This document shows positions 61,878 through 64,000 of a stretch of DNA of 64,000 nucleotides, piece by piece (within the stretch, counting starts at the first letter, position 1; each line of letters starts with the position of its first letter). A program made the position numbers and the translations under genes. The notes below the pieces were generated by a model. The model worked only from the letters and a program-made list of their open reading frames with translations, was not told the origin of the DNA and searched no databases. This DNA is from an uncultured bacterium (GTDB lineage: Bacteria > Krumholzibacteriota > Krumholzibacteriia > WVZY01 > JAKEHA01): positions 3,622 to 67,621 of the forward strand of contig CAZLLI010000002.1 of the NCBI GenBank assembly GCA_964560355.1. Reading direction: 5' to 3'.

Positions 61878-61920
61878 AAAAAAAGCGGCGCGGTGACGAA
61901 TTGCTTCGCCGCCGCGCCGC
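61878..61920 (-). terminator. Rho-independent terminator for the minus-strand gene 61947-62321
   Basis: GCGGCGCGG...CCGCGCCGC 9-bp GC stem followed on the minus strand by a T7 run. Confidence 0.6.
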
Positions 61921-61946
61921 TGCGCGGGACCCCGGCCCCTAGATGA

Positions 61947-62321
61947 CTAGAGATTCACGGGCGAGCCGACGGCGTCATCCTTGCCGCGGAAGGAGACCGT
62001 CAGTCCGGCCCCCGGTTCCGAGGTTTGGATCTTGAACGCGAGCGAGTTTCCCGACTTCACCGGATTCTCGCCGGTGCGGAACATCACGCTCGAGCCGGAC
62101 GCGATGCCGACCCATCCCTTCGGCGCGCGGATGTCTTCCAAGCGCGCGCCCTTGATGGTGACGCCGTAGACCTCGTCGTCCTTCGACGCGACGGTAATCG
62201 CGACGGTGGTGACGCCGTCTTCCTCGCCCATCACGGCCTTGGCGGCGGTGGGACCTTCGGCCCACGCCGGCGCGGCGGCGAGTGCGAGCACGACCAAAAC
62301 GAACCAATGAGACCGTTTCAT
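61947..62321 (-). CDS. Small secreted hypothetical protein
   Basis: Signal peptide MKRSHWFVLVVLALAAAPAWA. 124 aa, beta-rich. Confidence 0.6.
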   Translation of the reverse strand: MKRSHWFVLVVLALAAAPAWAEGPTAAKAVMGEEDGVTTVAITVASKDDEVYGVTIKGARLEDIRAPKGWVGIASGSSVMFRTGENPVKSGNSLAFKIQTSEPGAGLTVSFRGKDDAVGSPVNL

Positions 62322-62621
62322 GATGGATCGACCTCCTATGGATGCGATTCCTTGAGCTGCGAACACGGTCGTTGATCGATCGCTAAACGGAATGCCCCTT
62401 GTCGCCCCGGGCGGTGCACCGTTTCCCGGGGAAGCCACGGACATCCCGTGATGGAATTGATGCCTCAATGCTACCACGAAACGGTTCCGCGTGTCGAGGT
62501 TTGTGGCGTCGTTACGCGAAGTTCTCGGGGCGGGCGGGGGACGGGGCATTCGCCTTGTACCCGCGCGGGGGCTCCCGCTATCATCGCGCCAGCCCTCGTT
62601 CCCTCAACCCGGAGGTCCTCG

Positions 62622-63368
62622 GTGTCTACAAAACAGTTTTCGGCGCCCGGCCGGCGGGCCCGGGCGGCGCTCGCGGCCGCCGTCGCGCTCGCGTGCCTCT
62701 TGCCCGCGGTAGCGCCGGGCGAAGTCGTGCGCCTCAAGGACGGCTCGACGCTCAAGGGCCGCCTTGTGAAGGTGGAGGGCGACACCCTGGTGGTGCGCTT
62801 GAGCGTCGGCGCCGCGGTCAAGGTGCACCGCAGCCAGGTGGAGTCGATCGTGTTTTCGGATTCGGCGGTCGCGATGGGCGCGCCCCTGGTGGCGACGGCG
62901 GTGCCCGCGACGGCGACCCCGGCGGGGACCGGCACCATCGAGGTCCGCTTCGAGGACCGCAAGGTGTCGAGCAAGATCACGATCGACAAGAAGAAGAACT
63001 GGGACGAGAAGATCCGGTCCAACGAGATCGTGATGGAGTTCGTGGTCGACGGAATGGTGGCGTACTCGAAGGTCGACACCACCATGGACAAGACCATCTA
63101 CCTGGGGCAGGAGAAGCAAATCAAGAACGACACCCAGCTGGCCGACTTCGACGTGAAGGTGAAGAGCGGCAAACACCGCTGCAAGCTGGTGGTGCGCAAC
63201 CGCGACCCGGACACCTTCCGCGACAGCTTCGACCCCGAGCCGCTCTCGCTGATCCTCGACTTCGACGAGTTCACGCTGGACCCGAACGGCACCATGCGCC
63301 TCGACGTGCGCATGGACAAGGGGCTCCTACGCCTGTCGAGCCCGAAGCTCTATCAGCCCAAGAAATGA
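62622..63368 (+). CDS. Secreted hypothetical protein
   Basis: GGAGG RBS 6 nt upstream of a GTG start. Signal peptide (AALAAAVALACLLPAVAPGE). Lys/Asp-rich beta-strand-like C-terminal half. Confidence 0.6.
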   Translation: MSTKQFSAPGRRARAALAAAVALACLLPAVAPGEVVRLKDGSTLKGRLVKVEGDTLVVRLSVGAAVKVHRSQVESIVFSDSAVAMGAPLVATAVPATATPAGTGTIEVRFEDRKVSSKITIDKKKNWDEKIRSNEIVMEFVVDGMVAYSKVDTTMDKTIYLGQEKQIKNDTQLADFDVKVKSGKHRCKLVVRNRDPDTFRDSFDPEPLSLILDFDEFTLDPNGTMRLDVRMDKGLLRLSSPKLYQPKK

Positions 63369-63374
63369 CGCGCG

Positions 63375-64000
63375 CTAGCGCGTCTCGTCGAGGCCGGTGC
63401 GGATGTTGGTTTTGAGCGCCGCGTCGTCGCCGACGTTGTCCATCGCCATCTCGAAGTAGGCGCGCGCACGCGACTTCTCGTTGCGCTCGAGGTAGACCAT
63501 TCCGAGTCGGTAGAGGACGGCGGCGTCCTTGGGTGCGTGCAAGAGTGCGGCCTGGAGCGCCTCTTCGGCTCCATCGAGGTCGCCGGTCGCTTCCAGCACC
63601 GTTCCCAACCCCAAATAAGCGGCGGCGTTGTTTTCGTCGAGCTGGATCGCGCGGCGGTAGAACGCGACCGACTCCGCGCGGCGCTCGCGCGCGAAGTACG
63701 CGTCGCCGAGCGAGGTGAGCACGCGCGGGTCGTCGGGCGCGCGCGCGTTCGCTTTCTCCAAGACGCGCTCGGCGGTCGAAAAATTGCCCGAACGCATCTG
63801 GCACCCGCCGATGCCGAGCATGGCTTCCACGTTGGTGGTGTCGGCTTGATACACCTTCTGGAACTCGGTGAGCGCCTCCGCGTCCATCTCGCGCACTTCG
63901 TACGCGCGCGCGAGCCCGAGACGGCCGTAGGCCGAGTGCGGCGAGATCTGCAGCCCGCGCAGGAAGTAGTGCGTCGCTTCGGTGGGCCGATTGGTGTCGA
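63375..64000 (-). CDS. TPR-repeat protein (5' end beyond window)
   Basis: Successive TPR-like helices (AYFEMA, AAYLGLG, AVLYRLG). The reading frame stays open to the window edge. Confidence 0.7.
   Translation of the reverse strand, partial: DTNRPTEATHYFLRGLQISPHSAYGRLGLARAYEVREMDAEALTEFQKVYQADTTNVEAMLGIGGCQMRSGNFSTAERVLEKANARAPDDPRVLTSLGDAYFARERRAESVAFYRRAIQLDENNAAAYLGLGTVLEATGDLDGAEEALQAALLHAPKDAAVLYRLGMVYLERNEKSRARAYFEMAMDNVGDDAALKTNIRTGLDETR

Overview
This is a high-GC (about 68-70%) bacterial chromosomal window with dense coding on both strands, frequent 1-8 nt start/stop overlaps and very short intergenic gaps. I found no rRNA, convincing tRNA, CRISPR, transposase or integrase genes. 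Antisense frames of real genes produce many long Arg/Ala/Pro-rich ORFs typical of high-GC DNA, and I discarded those.

The window begins with a 3'-truncated lexA preceded by a candidate operator palindrome. It then carries housekeeping genes (typA/bipA, short-form sucA, mdh, bioY) and envelope genes (TonB-like protein, MscS channel, sugE/gdx). Peptidase-type enzymes are well represented: Dcp (M3), oligopeptidase B (S9) and a TolB-like propeller fused to an amidohydrolase. An electron-transfer set comprises ETF-QO, a NuoI-like ferredoxin and a GlcD-like FAD oxidase, and there are many secreted or lipoprotein hypotheticals. Two exported proteins end in an FlgD-Ig/T9SS-type C-terminal sorting domain: a heparinase II/III-like lyase and a beta-propeller fused to a diheme peroxidase-like domain. 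A GWxTD-domain protein is also present. Together these suggest a Gemmatimonadota-like or related FCB-group organism; this is inference from sequence only.

The loci most worth follow-up:
- Orphan three-gene minus-strand operon (33648-37068): B12-binding radical SAM enzyme, Nfu-type Fe-S carrier and ATP-grasp ligase. It shares a 92-bp control region with a divergent aconitase-family hydro-lyase whose domain order is permuted (swivel domain first), followed by an FMN reductase and an aldo-keto reductase.
- Single-ORF fusion of an FkbM-type methyltransferase with the monofunctional peptidoglycan glycosyltransferase MtgA, inside a four-gene string of overlapping genes.
- Secreted beta-propeller fused to a CxxCH-CxxCH diheme domain, next to a divergent HTH regulator with a Cys-rich C-terminal domain and a palindromic operator.
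- Cupredoxin plus two tandem NHL-repeat lipoproteins in one operon.
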